Shown here: one piece after another, positions 15,305 through 27,609 of the stretch | Layout: the number at the start of each line of letters is the position of its first letter | Position numbering within the stretch: position 1 is the first letter of the stretch | From: Chrysomallon squamiferum | Taxonomy: Eukaryota > Animalia > Mollusca | Assembly (NCBI GenBank): GCA_012295275.1 | Contig: CM022672.1 | Coordinates: 8,432,001 to 8,496,000, forward strand | DNA: 64,000 nucleotides | Reading direction: 5' to 3' | Program-made: the position numbers and the translations under genes | The notes under the pieces: model-generated | The model's database searches: none | What the model was told of the DNA's origin: nothing | Seen by the model: only the letters and a program-made list of their open reading frames with translations

Positions 15305-17968
15305 TTAAACAGATGTTTTATAAAGAATATCAAAAAAAGAAGAAAAGGATGAAGAAGAAAAAGAAAAAAATTAATAGTAGAAGGAGGAAGAAAATAATTT
15401 AAATAAAGAAAAGAAATGAATAAAGGATGAGAATAGTCAATGTTTATGGAATGTATAAAGTTATTATCTACGTAACAGCTAAATAACTACTCGTGCGTCA
15501 TGTCACAATGTTCATGTCAGAGGTGCTGAATTACATGCAGACACATTAACATTATCAAAATTCCACTCACTAACTGGTATAAAAAACTGGTATAAAGTAT
15601 TTTTTTATTGCCAGCCGATGTTTCTCATTTTTTTCTAACGAATCTTATTTTGTCTGGAATGTTGTATCTTCCATTTATGTTGCATTTTTGCTTCTGTCAT
15701 AATACAAAAAGATCTTAAACACACACACACACACACACACTTGAAAGCAATAATAACAATTACAAAAAGATGGTTCAAAATAAAAAAAAGATGTTTGCGC
15801 TATCGTAAACTTTAACAAATTTTTATCGGACTACAAACAGCAACAAGAAGACGAAGACGATCGGACACGAATTCCTCAGTATTCTAATGAAACTCAATTC
15901 CAAACATCGGATCAAGTTATTTGTCCTTGCTCTATCTTTGTATAAATAATTTACTCCAGCGTGCACGGACTAAACAACACGGTCCTTACTGCGAATTACT
16001 GCCACAAACAACATGGAACCACACTCTAAGACAATATCAATCAGCAATCCGGCTGTCGGAATAATTAACATGTGATAGTTAATCTAATCTGTTAGGTGGA
16101 AACAAAGCCAGGCAGCGACACGTGTAATGGTAGGGGCAGATTCAGGGCTGGGTGAGTGTTTGACATAATCGGGGATCTCCCGAGATAAATAACTTTAATG
16201 CTTGTTGTTAAACCTTGTTTTAAAAAAAAAAAAAATTCAGTCAATCAATCAAACATTGCTCAAAGTTCAAGGACATCTGTGTTGGAACCAGTCCAAGAAG
16301 CTGGCTTGTTTTCCGAAAAAAAGTGTTAATGGAAATCTTCTACAGTATAAGAATGTATATGAGGAATTGTTTTTTCAATATAATGAAAATTGCTTCATTT
16401 TAAAATTTAATGGTACCATGTTTTTCTTTTTCGTTTTCTTTTTTTTTTCTTTTTTTTCTTTTTACAAAACTGTTGATTTGTCTAAGACTGTGATTCTCTA
16501 TATGGGTGGTATTTGCCCTCGCTGACTGTTGCTGTATAAAAGCAGAGGGGAGACCACCTCTACATATTCATATAGGATGAATGCTTTTAACATCATACTT
16601 AATTGTTCTTGTTTACCTTGACAGTATAAATTTTAACTTCAGAGGACAACATCCTTCAAAATTATTTGATAAAAAACAACAACAAAAACAACAACACACT
16701 AGTCCAGCGGCATCTGTGCAAAATTCCGGGATGTACCCGTGAATTAACATGTGATAGTTAATTTGTTTCGTGTATCGGAAGATCGATGGTACGGTTAGTT
16801 AATCTCGATAATATCAAATTGTTTCTGCAACACACAGTTTTCTCCATAACAGCATGTTAAAAATCCACCTCAGTGGATCGTCCGAATTTCGCTCAATCTG
16901 ATACGACACCTTCCCTCGTGTGCTGCGTCAAAACAGGTTTTAATCAGGTCTGAGCTTTAATCTCTGGTTCACAGTGTACAGTGTACTGGGAAATTAGAAA
17001 TAATAAAAGAAACAGCACTAATATCGCAACAACACCAGCAATAATAACAATCACAACAACAACAACAACAGAAACAACAAATCCACAATGTACTCTATTC
17101 TACTCTATTCTAATGAAAGCCTGTGTACGAAAGTATTGCAGAATTTAGAATTGTTATGTAAATAGAAAACCAGGGCCAGATTTAGACGTATGACATATTT
17201 CAGAAGGTTAACAGAAAATAAGATGTAATAATTAGCTCGCTAGGTCTGTGTTACCAATTACATTCATAGCCATATCGCTGAACAAGTTTCACGTTATCAA
17301 ATACACCGTTTTGCTTAAAGTCAGAACTCTCAAATTTGAAAAAAAATCTCCTCTTTTCTTTTCTTCACCATTCATCTACAAACACAGAACATTAAAAACA
17401 CTTCAAGTGCCTTGAACTATTTATTATAAAGCCTTGAGGCCAAAGATGACAGTTAATAAAACAATGTAACACGCTACAGAAACCATCTGGTCGAAAACGT
17501 ATCCATTCTTGGTTGACGTATGGTGAAAGGTGCAGCTCACTTCATGAAATTCTATTAATAAACTGTCAATTTTGTTATATTGGAAGAATACCAGAAGCAG
17601 CAGCGGACTCAAATTCTCATTTCCTCTCGCCAAATAGGCTGTATCATGCAAGCAGTCATTGATCGTAAATGTTCGGCAAGTTTCGACAGGCAGCAGATTC
17701 ACCTGTCAAGTTGGACGGAGTTTACCGCGGTTTGCCGCTCAGTATCTCACAACACACTTTTTTTTATTCATTACTAAATGGAAATGCGGTCAGGGATGTT
17801 TGCAAAAATAATCAAAAAAGAAGATGAGATTTTTTTGGAGGGGTCGTTGTTAAATTACAAACCATTGTCATACTAAAAATAGAAAAAAATAATTTGAATT
17901 CGATTCCCTTTAGACCAGTTCTGCACTGGAGATGAGCTTCTTTCTGACAATACTGTACTGTATTTACA

Positions 17969-18773
17969 CGTTGAGCACGAGATTCCAGCTGTGTGCTGTA
18001 TTCGAAGGGTTTATGTTTTGTACTTTCTTATTACAGTTCTCATTTCACACTATTTCTGTACTTGACTTGAACTTTCCGATTTCCGCCATTGTGAACTAAG
18101 CTTCAACCTTATCACTTTATTCACGTTAAATACTCAAACATTTCACTCTTTACATCTCTTGTGTATCAGATTTGAATTATTTACACTTTAAAACAGTTGT
18201 ACACTAGATTTGAATATTGTAAGATAGTTGTTTACTACCTTTCAAGATTTTTCGTTTTAAAACAATTGTTTTCGAAAATTTAACGTTTTGCCCTTTAAAC
18301 CACTTACGTTATGGATTATTTACTCTTTAACTAATTTAGCATTTTTACTCTTTAAAACAACTACAAGCGCTTGTTTTGTATTTCTTACTCACTGACATAA
18401 TGATCTGAACATTTTACCATTTAAAGTGATCATAGAGTTGAACGTTTTTTTACTATTTAAACCGCATAATATTTTTATTTATCCTTTGAATAACTGAATT
18501 GTAAATTTGAATTATTACCACATAAAGCATCTGTATGTATGTTTGAACAGTGTACTAAAGTTGAACTGTAATCCATTTGTGTTCTTCTAAATTTAGACGG
18601 TTTTCCTTCGTACACCTGGTTCCAGATTTACTCATTTATAATTGTCCTACGTTTGAACTGTATTCACTCTTTACTAATTCTATACTGAGAATTTAGAAAA
18701 ATAACTTCCTTGCTTACTTCCTTCTGTTTGTATCCCCACAGACAACCTGACCAGCTGGAATCGCGTTACAACG
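17969..18773. mobile_element. Possible old non-autonomous element: imperfect ~22-bp inverted repeats enclosing a decayed ~33-38-bp internal array
   Basis: Left CGTTGAGCACGAGATTCCAGCTG (17969-17991) versus right CAGCTGGAATCGCGTTACAACG (18752-18773) share an 11-bp perfect core plus CAACG. The interior repeats a TTTGAA..TTTACTCTTTAAA-like motif. No TSD seen. Confidence 0.4.
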
Positions 18774-19629
18774 ACACAGATACCAGAATACATTGAGTAA
18801 CATAAGCACATCAATTCATTTCCCATTTCCTAAAGGCTTTCATCACGTTAACTTCAACAGCATTAGTGCCGACACGTTGAACATCACTTAGGGATCTTCT
18901 ATCAGCGGTGCACGGTGATCGTATAAATAGCCAGCTGGACAAGTAGGCTCTTCAGATATCCTTGATGGTTTTTAGAATACACATTGTTAATACGTCATTT
19001 GTATTTGAATACAAAGTGTTAAGCTGGCGGTTTCTAGAATACGTATTTTATTGTATAAGTGACTTCACGTTTTAAGACAATATTTTTTATTTCGTTTTTT
19101 TTTTTTTTTTTTTTTGCTGCTACATTTTCTAATCTAATATATCGTATTATTTCAGTGGGACACATTTAAGTTATTGTGGATATTGTTTTTGATACGTTTC
19201 TTCTGTAATTTCTTTTTCTTTTTAAGGAAAACTGTTCCAGACTAACAGTGGTAGTTTTGGTATTATCATTATTGCAGCTGCATCTTTCACATTTTTTAAT
19301 ACAAGACTTTTAAGTGGAAAATAAATGGCTTCTCTGATTATGGTATTATAACAGAATCCAAAAAAAGATCGACAAACCCTGTAATTAATAGTAATTCTTC
19401 GAACACTGAGACAAAATTTTATAGGTAGCATGTGACTAGACGTTCTTTGCTTTTCAGTGGCAATATATACAGTACATAAACATATGCTCATTTTAACGTA
19501 CTACTTATATCGTTTCTATCGAAGTAATGATTCATCTGTGACTATTTATGTAGTCAGCTTTTGTTTCTTGTGATGATATATTTTGTGGAGACGTGCGCTT
19601 TAACTACATTTCTTTGACTGAATAAATAA

Positions 19630-19788
19630 AGAAGAAGAAACAACAACACAAAATAATAAGAATATTAATAAAGAAGAAGAAGAAGGAGAAGAAGAAGAAG
19701 AAGAAGAAGAAGAAGAGCAATAACAACAAGAACAATATCAACAATAATAATAGTAATAATAAAATCATAATAATAATAATAATAATAA

Positions 19789-19819
<31 letters not shown>

Positions 19820-19869
19820 AAGAAGAAAAAGAAGAAGAAAAAGAAGAAGAAAAAGAAGAAAGAATAAGA

Positions 19870-19906
<37 letters not shown>

Positions 19907-19908
19907 GT
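19630..19908. repeat. Compound (GAA)n/(AAC)n/(TAA)n trinucleotide tract
   Basis: Directly visible. Confidence 0.95.
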
Positions 19909-20414
19909 AGACTATAGTGCATTATTAACACAAACAGTTTAACACGGCTGCTTCAAAGCGGCTGAGTACAGTTTAATGTGACAAACTATCTCTTGTTTTT
20001 CTTATCTTTATGTTTAACTTTATAAGTAATGTTTCCTCCGAGATGTACACTTAACTATACCAAATCTTACATTTATTTCCTTTTAACGATAACATGTCCA
20101 GTATATCGACAGATCGTTTACTTTATGTGTTATATATGTGTCCGCAGAGATCTTGCTTAATTCGAACAAATCTCGTATCTAGACAATTTATTTAATGGTA
20201 AACATATCTCCAGACGTATCGGCAGTTAATGGTGTATCTACAGTATAAATGCTGACTGTAGGAATGACATAGATTCCCCGTCATGGACCCGATATCAGTC
20301 TATGATTTAGTTATGAGAGAGCTGCTTGAACCGCTGAATTAGATCCAGTCATGTTAAACATTCGGGATTCGAAATAATAATAATAATAATATGTGTCAGA
20401 TGAAACCGGTATTT

Positions 20415-20539
<125 letters not shown>

Positions 20540-21468
20540 GTATTATATATGGCATTAATAACAAAATATTTATACAGATAATTGTTTTATTTATTTAGCT
20601 GTCTGAGACGTCAGGCAATGCTCCATCACAACTATAAAAACAAGTTGTTTTATAGTTAAAGTCATTAATCAAAACACTACCGTTAAGTTACCGTTAAGCA
20701 CCCCTATCCTATCACGTTTAAAACAGTTAAACTGAGGCTAATTGTGCGCGTGCGCTCAGTTTTGCACGTGTTTGCGATCGCGCATGTATGAATGAACATG
20801 TGCACAAAAGCAACATGCTAAGCATACACGATAACACCGAAAATGATCTCACTGTTCTTTCAGTGCAGAAAACAAGAAATTTAATTAGCAAGGTCGACCA
20901 CAAATCATAAATTTGTTAATTACAGTTGACAGTCGCATTGTTTAGACAACAAATTTAACAAATTACTCTGACACTTCGTGAACGATACATGTCAGTACAA
21001 TCATAAAGTAATTTCATTTCTGTCCCGTGCCATATTCACTGAGCAATTTACTTGTCTCTTTTCATGATAACTTTTATTAGTTATAAAAAGACAGATTCAC
21101 ACGCTACTGTTCATTTCATGTTCGATGTTTTTAAAGTAATTTCTTGTCAGAGATCAATTTAATTTGGAGAAAACTGTGAAGGGGCCTCGAAAGCAGCAGT
21201 TTTATACTTTTTAGTGGGGTTTTGAAGCGACTAGGTAGAAAAAGATCTTTAATGTCGGAAAGACTGCAGAAAACTGAGAGAAACTGAGATAAAAAAATGA
21301 TAGAGACGTAGAGAGAGAAATGAATAAATTTAGAAAAAGCAAAGGAAAAAAAAAAGATATGTTGGTAGAAAAATAACGATACACACACACACATACATAA
21401 ATACACACATACACACAGACATACACTTATACACACATACAAACTTGCACACACACACACACAAACAT

Positions 21469-21511
<43 letters not shown>

Positions 21512-21559
21512 AAACAAAAACTGAAATGAAGAATGAGAGAGATAACCTGATAGACAATA

Positions 21560-22130
21560 CTGTTTAATTCATTACGCGCAGGCGCAAAAAGACCGCTGGA
21601 CCAAGAAGTGCGTGGACGTCAGTGGCATTCTTCGTGTGAACAAAGCAATAACGAGGAACAAGGACAGCGAGGAGGCAATAGCCCACAGATACAAGTTAAT
21701 TTCCTCTGGAATGTAATTATCGTCCATTTATCTTATAAATGTCCCACGAGAAAGACTGTGTGCATAAATGCACAGATTTTAAGTGCTTTAGTGAAGTGGA
21801 CCTGAAGAATTTGGGACATCATTGCGCATGTGTATTGTGCGCTAGTCTCGATTAGTTTCGTGGTGCGCTGGACGCATGTGTGTATTACGCACCAGCCTCG
21901 ATAAATTCGTTTCATTTCCGCTCAGCGCCTGTGTGAATGTGCACCAGTTTGATGTATTTAATTCAGTTTACCTTTTTGAGAATGTGTATAATTATGATTG
22001 CGAATAAGCCTGGATCAATGATTTTATTTTAGTTCAAACCATCGTTTTGAGCGGTGTGTCGCGCGCAGTAGCCTCGGTTAAATTAATTCAGACGACAGCT
22101 TGAACTCGTTGTGGTTAACGTAGTCGGATG
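21560..22130. promoter_or_regulatory. Candidate cis-regulatory island with NRF1-like and CRE-like motifs
   Basis: CpG-rich and flanked by SSRs; GCGCAGGCGCA at 21576-21586, GACGTCA at ~21615, TGCGCATGTG at ~21823. Confidence 0.3.
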
Positions 22131-22145
22131 ACAAATGTATCTCTT

Positions 22146-22151
<6 letters not shown>

Positions 22152-22215
<64 letters not shown>
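22152..22215. repeat. (TA)n(GA)n compound microsatellite
   Basis: Directly visible. Confidence 0.95.
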
Positions 22216-22219
<4 letters not shown>

Positions 22220-22782
22220 TAGCCCTTATGTTTTAATTCACCTTGTATAACACAACATTTATTTAGTCTCTTTTAAATATATGAATTTTTGTAATATGTC
22301 TGTAATATCTGTGCAAGCATATTTTTCTGTATGTAAGTATTAAAGAACTACCATAAAATGTCATAACGTCTGAGAAATTATTGAATAAATGACAAGACCA
22401 AATAAGTTAATTTGACAAACCACACATCAGATATATTTACTGTTACACAGCAAGTATAGATTGTTTTCATTGTTATTTCTTCATTTTCATTTCATTTTAT
22501 TGCGGCTATTTTAAAAATGTGTCTTGCGACCGTTTGGTAAGGAAAACTCCATAACTTTCTTTTATCAAAGACTCGTACAAGCTAAATGTTTGTGTTTCAG
22601 AGCGAACTCATCTCGTAGCAAGACGTAACGTGTTTTCTGTCTAAACAAAGTTTTGCTGCTGCCTTCAAGTTTTCCATATTAGCGACCGTCTCGTCATTTC
22701 TACGACAGATCTCATTTTTCACACAAATTCTCTCTCACACACACACACAGGGAGAGACAGATAGATAGATAGATAGATAGAT

Positions 22783-22828
<46 letters not shown>

Positions 22829-23500
22829 TGCCTATGTTCGACATCATGAAAGACTAAGAGAACGAGAACCGGCTGCAGGTCTGTTTAGCCCTTGGCACAG
22901 AGAGTGACAAGAGGTTTCACCTCAGATTTTCCAAATATACCAATCGACTTACAGAAACGACTGAAATGACACGTCCGCGGCTGATAATTTAGCCAATATC
23001 GGAGGGAAATTGGTGAATCTTATAAACGTGGGAACCGGTGCGTTGGCTATCATGGATCGTACACAGAGAGAAAAACATGCTTTGGCTATCTGGCTATCTG
23101 GCTATCTTAGACTATGACTACGAGTAAACACATATGGGTTGAGACAGACCATCGTGTTGGCCACATTTGTCTTTCGAAGCCTCGAGGAAATGAATATTTC
23201 TGTTGTTCTTTCTCAACCGTTGATGTGAGAGCCGCTGTACGGTTTCCACTAGGTTCGAGCAGTTTAAAAATACTCATCAGTTTATAGCGGATCAGTTGTA
23301 AAACATGCCACAAATTGCTTTTCTTTACGTTGATGGGCTGAACAAGATTAATGTGAGAAAAGTGATAGCTTCCCGGTTTGCGTATTCTGTAGTTCGTTCA
23401 GTACTTATAAATAAATGTTTATTGCGTCAACTTTAAAAAAGAAAACAACCCCCAGCAGCAGTAATAGAATATAATAGTGATAGTAGTAGTATTTTGTCCC

Positions 23501-23978
23501 CATTACACCGTGTTACTATAGTAAAAAAAATCCATTACGTTGTGTTACTATGGTAATGTTTTCTATTACATAAAAGTTTCCATTACATTGTGATACTATA
23601 GTAAAGTTTTCTATTACATGGTATTGCTGTGGTAAAGTTTCCTATTACATTGTGTTACTATGGTAAAGTTTTCTATTACACCGTATTACTGTGGTAAAGT
23701 TTTCTATTACATTGTGACACTATGGTAAAACTTTCTATTACACCGTTTTACTTTGGTAAAGTTTTCAATTGTACTGTGTTACTATAGTAAAGTTTTCTAT
23801 TACACTGTGTTACTATGGTTAAGTTTTCTATTGCATTATGTTACCATGGTAAAGTTTTCTATTACATTATGTTACTATGGTTAAGTTTTCTATTGCATTA
23901 TGTTACCATGGTAAAGTTTTCTATTACATCGTATTACTGTGGTAAAGTTTTCTATTACATTGTTACTATGGTAAAGTT
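23501..23978. repeat. 31-bp minisatellite (~15 copies), consensus TGTGTTACTATGGTAAAGTTTTCTATTACAY
   Basis: Regular 31-bp period; includes a duplicated 62-bp dimer at ~23811-23934. Confidence 0.95.
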
Positions 23979-24294
23979 TATGATAATACAAAAGCAACAT
24001 TACAACTTCCATTCTGATAATTTTATGACAGAATAGCAGGTCAGTGGTTGATGCGCTTGCGTCACTTGCATGGATCCAAAACTTTTGTCTTCTTCACACG
24101 TTGTGACATTATTATCAAAGGGTATATACGCAGGTGGGTTAATTACTTCAAGTTTGCTATTGGTATATTTGTCCAGCTTGACAATTGCAAAGTTTCTTTA
24201 TGACTTTGGAGGCCGCAAGTAAGTCGTATATTTGGTCTGTTTTATATGTCTGCGAAGGGACAAATATATTGATCAATTAAATCATTGGAGAGCT

Positions 24295-24515
24295 TTATAA
24301 ATGAAACGTCTGTGAATAAACAAATATTTTATTTGTTATATTGGTTTGTATTGCAACTGTGATGTCTGTAAGTGGACAGACACTTTAAACTTTAGTATTT
24401 TTGTTTGTTTTAGAATTGTTTCGTCTATAAATTAACAAATATAGTTAACTTTAGAGTTATTTGTTTTTATAATTGTAACGTCTGTGAATGGACAGATACA
24501 TTAAAGTTTGTTATA
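24295..24515. repeat. Decayed ~57-bp tandem repeat (4 copies)
   Basis: GTCTRTRAR anchors at 24308, 24364, 24423 and 24480, each followed by T(G/A)(G/A)ACARA-like and T-rich sequence. Confidence 0.75.
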
Positions 24516-25574
24516 ACATGTGACAAATGAAGTGAAATGACTCGGATATTACTTATGTGAGAACGGAAAAGTTCCCGGGGACCGGTGTCTGGCTTTCAAA
24601 TCAAGTCTGTCGCGTCTGTCTGTTCAGTGTTTGTATCAAATTCCGGCTTTCAGGAACAGATTCACGATTTCAGAAAGGGTGAGTATGGGGGGGGGAAGCT
24701 ATTATTAACCATGTTTTAAGTTTTAAACTGAAATGGGTTGAATAAAGAAAGCAATATAAACTAGGATACTGGAATGAAAACAAAACAAAATAAAAGAGTA
24801 CACAGATTATTTTGTTAGAAGATATCATTAATTATATGTGACCATCTGTTGGTAGTCAAACATTCATTAGTTCAGACAGACATGACAACTGTCTTCAAAG
24901 GAAGCCTATTTCATAAAGCAATCTTTATCTGAACCGTACAAGAGAAAAACACACAGTATTGCTTTTAGTCGCTAGATGTAGTCCACAATCTAGATCAGGA
25001 GACAACTGAGGGTTCCTCTAGAGTGAAATCAGCTGCAGCAGACTCCAATGTGTTTTTGGATATCAGCAATGAAATCAGGGAATCAAATACTAAGTTATAA
25101 CCAACCAAATCTCCACACAATTATTTTTACCGCTTTCCAATCATAATTGATGTAAATCATTTTTTGTTGTTGTTGTTTTTTTTTGCATTTTGCTGTGAGG
25201 TCACCATGGGATCAACAGCAGGTCATGTGTAAACACCAATTACTTGAAATGAAAATAAATTTCTAAATTTCATAGCAGAGATGACAGACTTGGGAGTTTT
25301 GCTGATTTTTGTCAATGACTTATCTCGTCGTAAACTAGAACCTGGAGCAGGCAGGTCCCAGTGTTATCGTTGTGTTGTCGTTACAAGCGACAGTTATTGG
25401 TAAAGAAAAGCACACTGCTGTAAAAGGACCATTATAAAGGCAAGTAATCAACTTCTGAATAGTTTACGATTGACGTAAAGTTTGATTTCGATTGTTTGGC
25501 TTCGCTGAATCTGAACGTTTTCAAACAAATTAAAATGATTTTTTGTACACGTGAAGTGATTTTCAAGTGTAAGT

Positions 25575-25654
25575 TTGTATGTGTGTATGTGTTGTATGGG
25601 TATGTGTTATATATGTATGTATGTACGTCTATGTATGTTGTATATATGTATGTA

Positions 25655-25687
<33 letters not shown>

Positions 25688-25763
25688 GTTTGTATGTATA
25701 TATGTACGTATCTCTTTATATATGTATGTATTATATATATGTATGTATTATATATATGTATGT
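25575..25763. repeat. Degenerate (TATG)n/(TA)n tract
   Basis: Directly visible. Confidence 0.9.
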
Positions 25764-26464
25764 AATTCAGAGATTACAGAAGTTACTTTCAGATCTTTTA
25801 TTTACTTAATACAACGCACAATACCCTTTTAATTTAAATTAATAAGTATAAAATAAGTATAATAAATAAAACCCGTTAATTGTATTCAGTGACATTTCTC
25901 CGCGTTCTGTAATTGCGGAAAACAAACAATATTAATTTCAGCCAACGAAATGCAGTCTTCTGTGTCTGGGAAACATGTCACCACACCTGCCTCTGGGTTA
26001 TCCCAGATTGAATTAGAACAGCACTGTAAAACCACTAAGTTGCACTAACTCAATGTCCTATCACTTACTTTTGCCCACGGGACTGTCACTCTGTGCATGC
26101 CTGGAAGGCAGGTTCTTTACTGAGCGAAGCAACTGGAGAAATTAGCAGTTAAATTTAACTTTTTAAAATAAAATTTACATAGACGACATCACCAATTTTA
26201 CAAACGTTAAGAACTGTAATTACTGGTCAATGGACTCTCACTCTTATGTGTGTCTGCATGACTGTTTTTTCGCTTCTCGCTTTTGTCTCTCTTTGTCAGT
26301 CTTTCTGTCTCATTGTTTTACATATGTCAGTGTGTAAGTGTATCATCGGAGACTAGGCTTGTTTAAAGTGTGAGAAATGTACCATAAAGAGTCGCCAATA
26401 ACTGAGTAGAGTTTATATAGCTATATCTATCTATATAGATATATTGATATTTATATATATTTGT

Positions 26465-26502
<38 letters not shown>

Positions 26503-26859
26503 CACAACCTTAATTCAGGAAAACATGCAAATCTGTATTTCAGTAAATCAAACAAAAATAAAGCACTAACAAGCTATAATATATTCTTAATTGATATTTA
26601 TTCTGGGTGCTACACTACAAATATATATATAAACCCTCGTAACTCGCGAACCTTTTTTGACCATCCCTAATGTTTTATTTAGTAATCAATCTTATACAGA
26701 GAACTGGGTTTTTCTCCTGTCTGTCCGTCTGCGTGTCGTCATAGAACAGCGTAAGATTATATAGTGTTATCACGATTAATATAATCGGCTGTAATGATTT
26801 TCATTCTGCATACTAAGGAAGGTCAAGGACAGTTAATTCGTTCGTGACCTTACTGCTAG

Positions 26860-27110
26860 AACGCACATAATGGCTTCCGCTGGAGGAAACTACTAGAAGG
26901 ATCTATAAAAACGTGTTGATCAACACAAATTGCACATAAATCAAATTAATTCATTTATGATTGATGGTTGTACTTTGTTCGCTGACAATGGAAAAATCAT
27001 CCTCAATTACTTCTCCATTCATTATTAATGTCATCCGTTAGACTATACGTGTGACGTCATAAATCGTATCAATCGTCCACATTTGACTGACGATCCTTAA
27101 TTACCAAGAA
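26860..27110. promoter_or_regulatory. Candidate enhancer: Pbx-Hox/TALE and CRE motif cluster
   Basis: CATAAATCA (=TGATTTATG) 26935-26943, TGATTGATGG 26958-26967, TGACA 26983, TGACGTCA 27052-27059, several TAAT/ATTA. Confidence 0.3.
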
Positions 27111-27496
27111 CTATAGATTATGACTGCTTTTAACAGCCTGAAATCATTCTAAATCGGAATCTCTATCGCAGTGTTTTAATTTGGGGAAATGTCTTAAAAA
27201 ATAAAGTGACCATTCTAAAGAACTCGTAGTTATTATTATATTTTGTTTTGGACGTGAAAGTTACTCGAACGTTCACTTATAATACTGATTTTTATTACGT
27301 TGTTTATGCTATTATTTTTATTTTTTGTTTCGATGTCATTAAAGGTAAATGGTACATAGTTTCCACTTGAGATCACTAAAAACTGAAAATTTGTGTCAAC
27401 CTGATTTTTTTTTTGTTTTACCCTCAGTCCTCAAAGTCTCTCTCATGCCGTAAAGTTTCCTGTCACATACACATGTCTATTCTCTATACCTCCCAG

Positions 27497-27527
27497 CTCT
27501 CTGTCTGTCTGTCTGTCTGTCTGTCTG

Positions 27528-27606
<79 letters not shown>
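27497..27606. repeat. (TCTG)n + (TC)n microsatellite
   Basis: Directly visible. Confidence 0.95.

Positions 27607-27609
<3 letters not shown>

Noticed and set aside
23250-23282. Hammerhead-like CTGATGA...GAA on the minus strand (also CTGAAGA-TTAC-GAAA near 47170-47187)
   Set aside because: The required stems (II in the first case, I in the second) do not form, and the first lacks the GAAA box.
23501-23978. CRISPR-like appearance of the palindromic 31-bp repeat
   Set aside because: Units are head-to-tail with no unique spacers, there are no cas genes, and the context is eukaryotic.
27369-27390. bantam-like TGAGATCACTAAAAACTGA
   Set aside because: The seed matches but the body differs, and there is no complementary arm to form a precursor hairpin.
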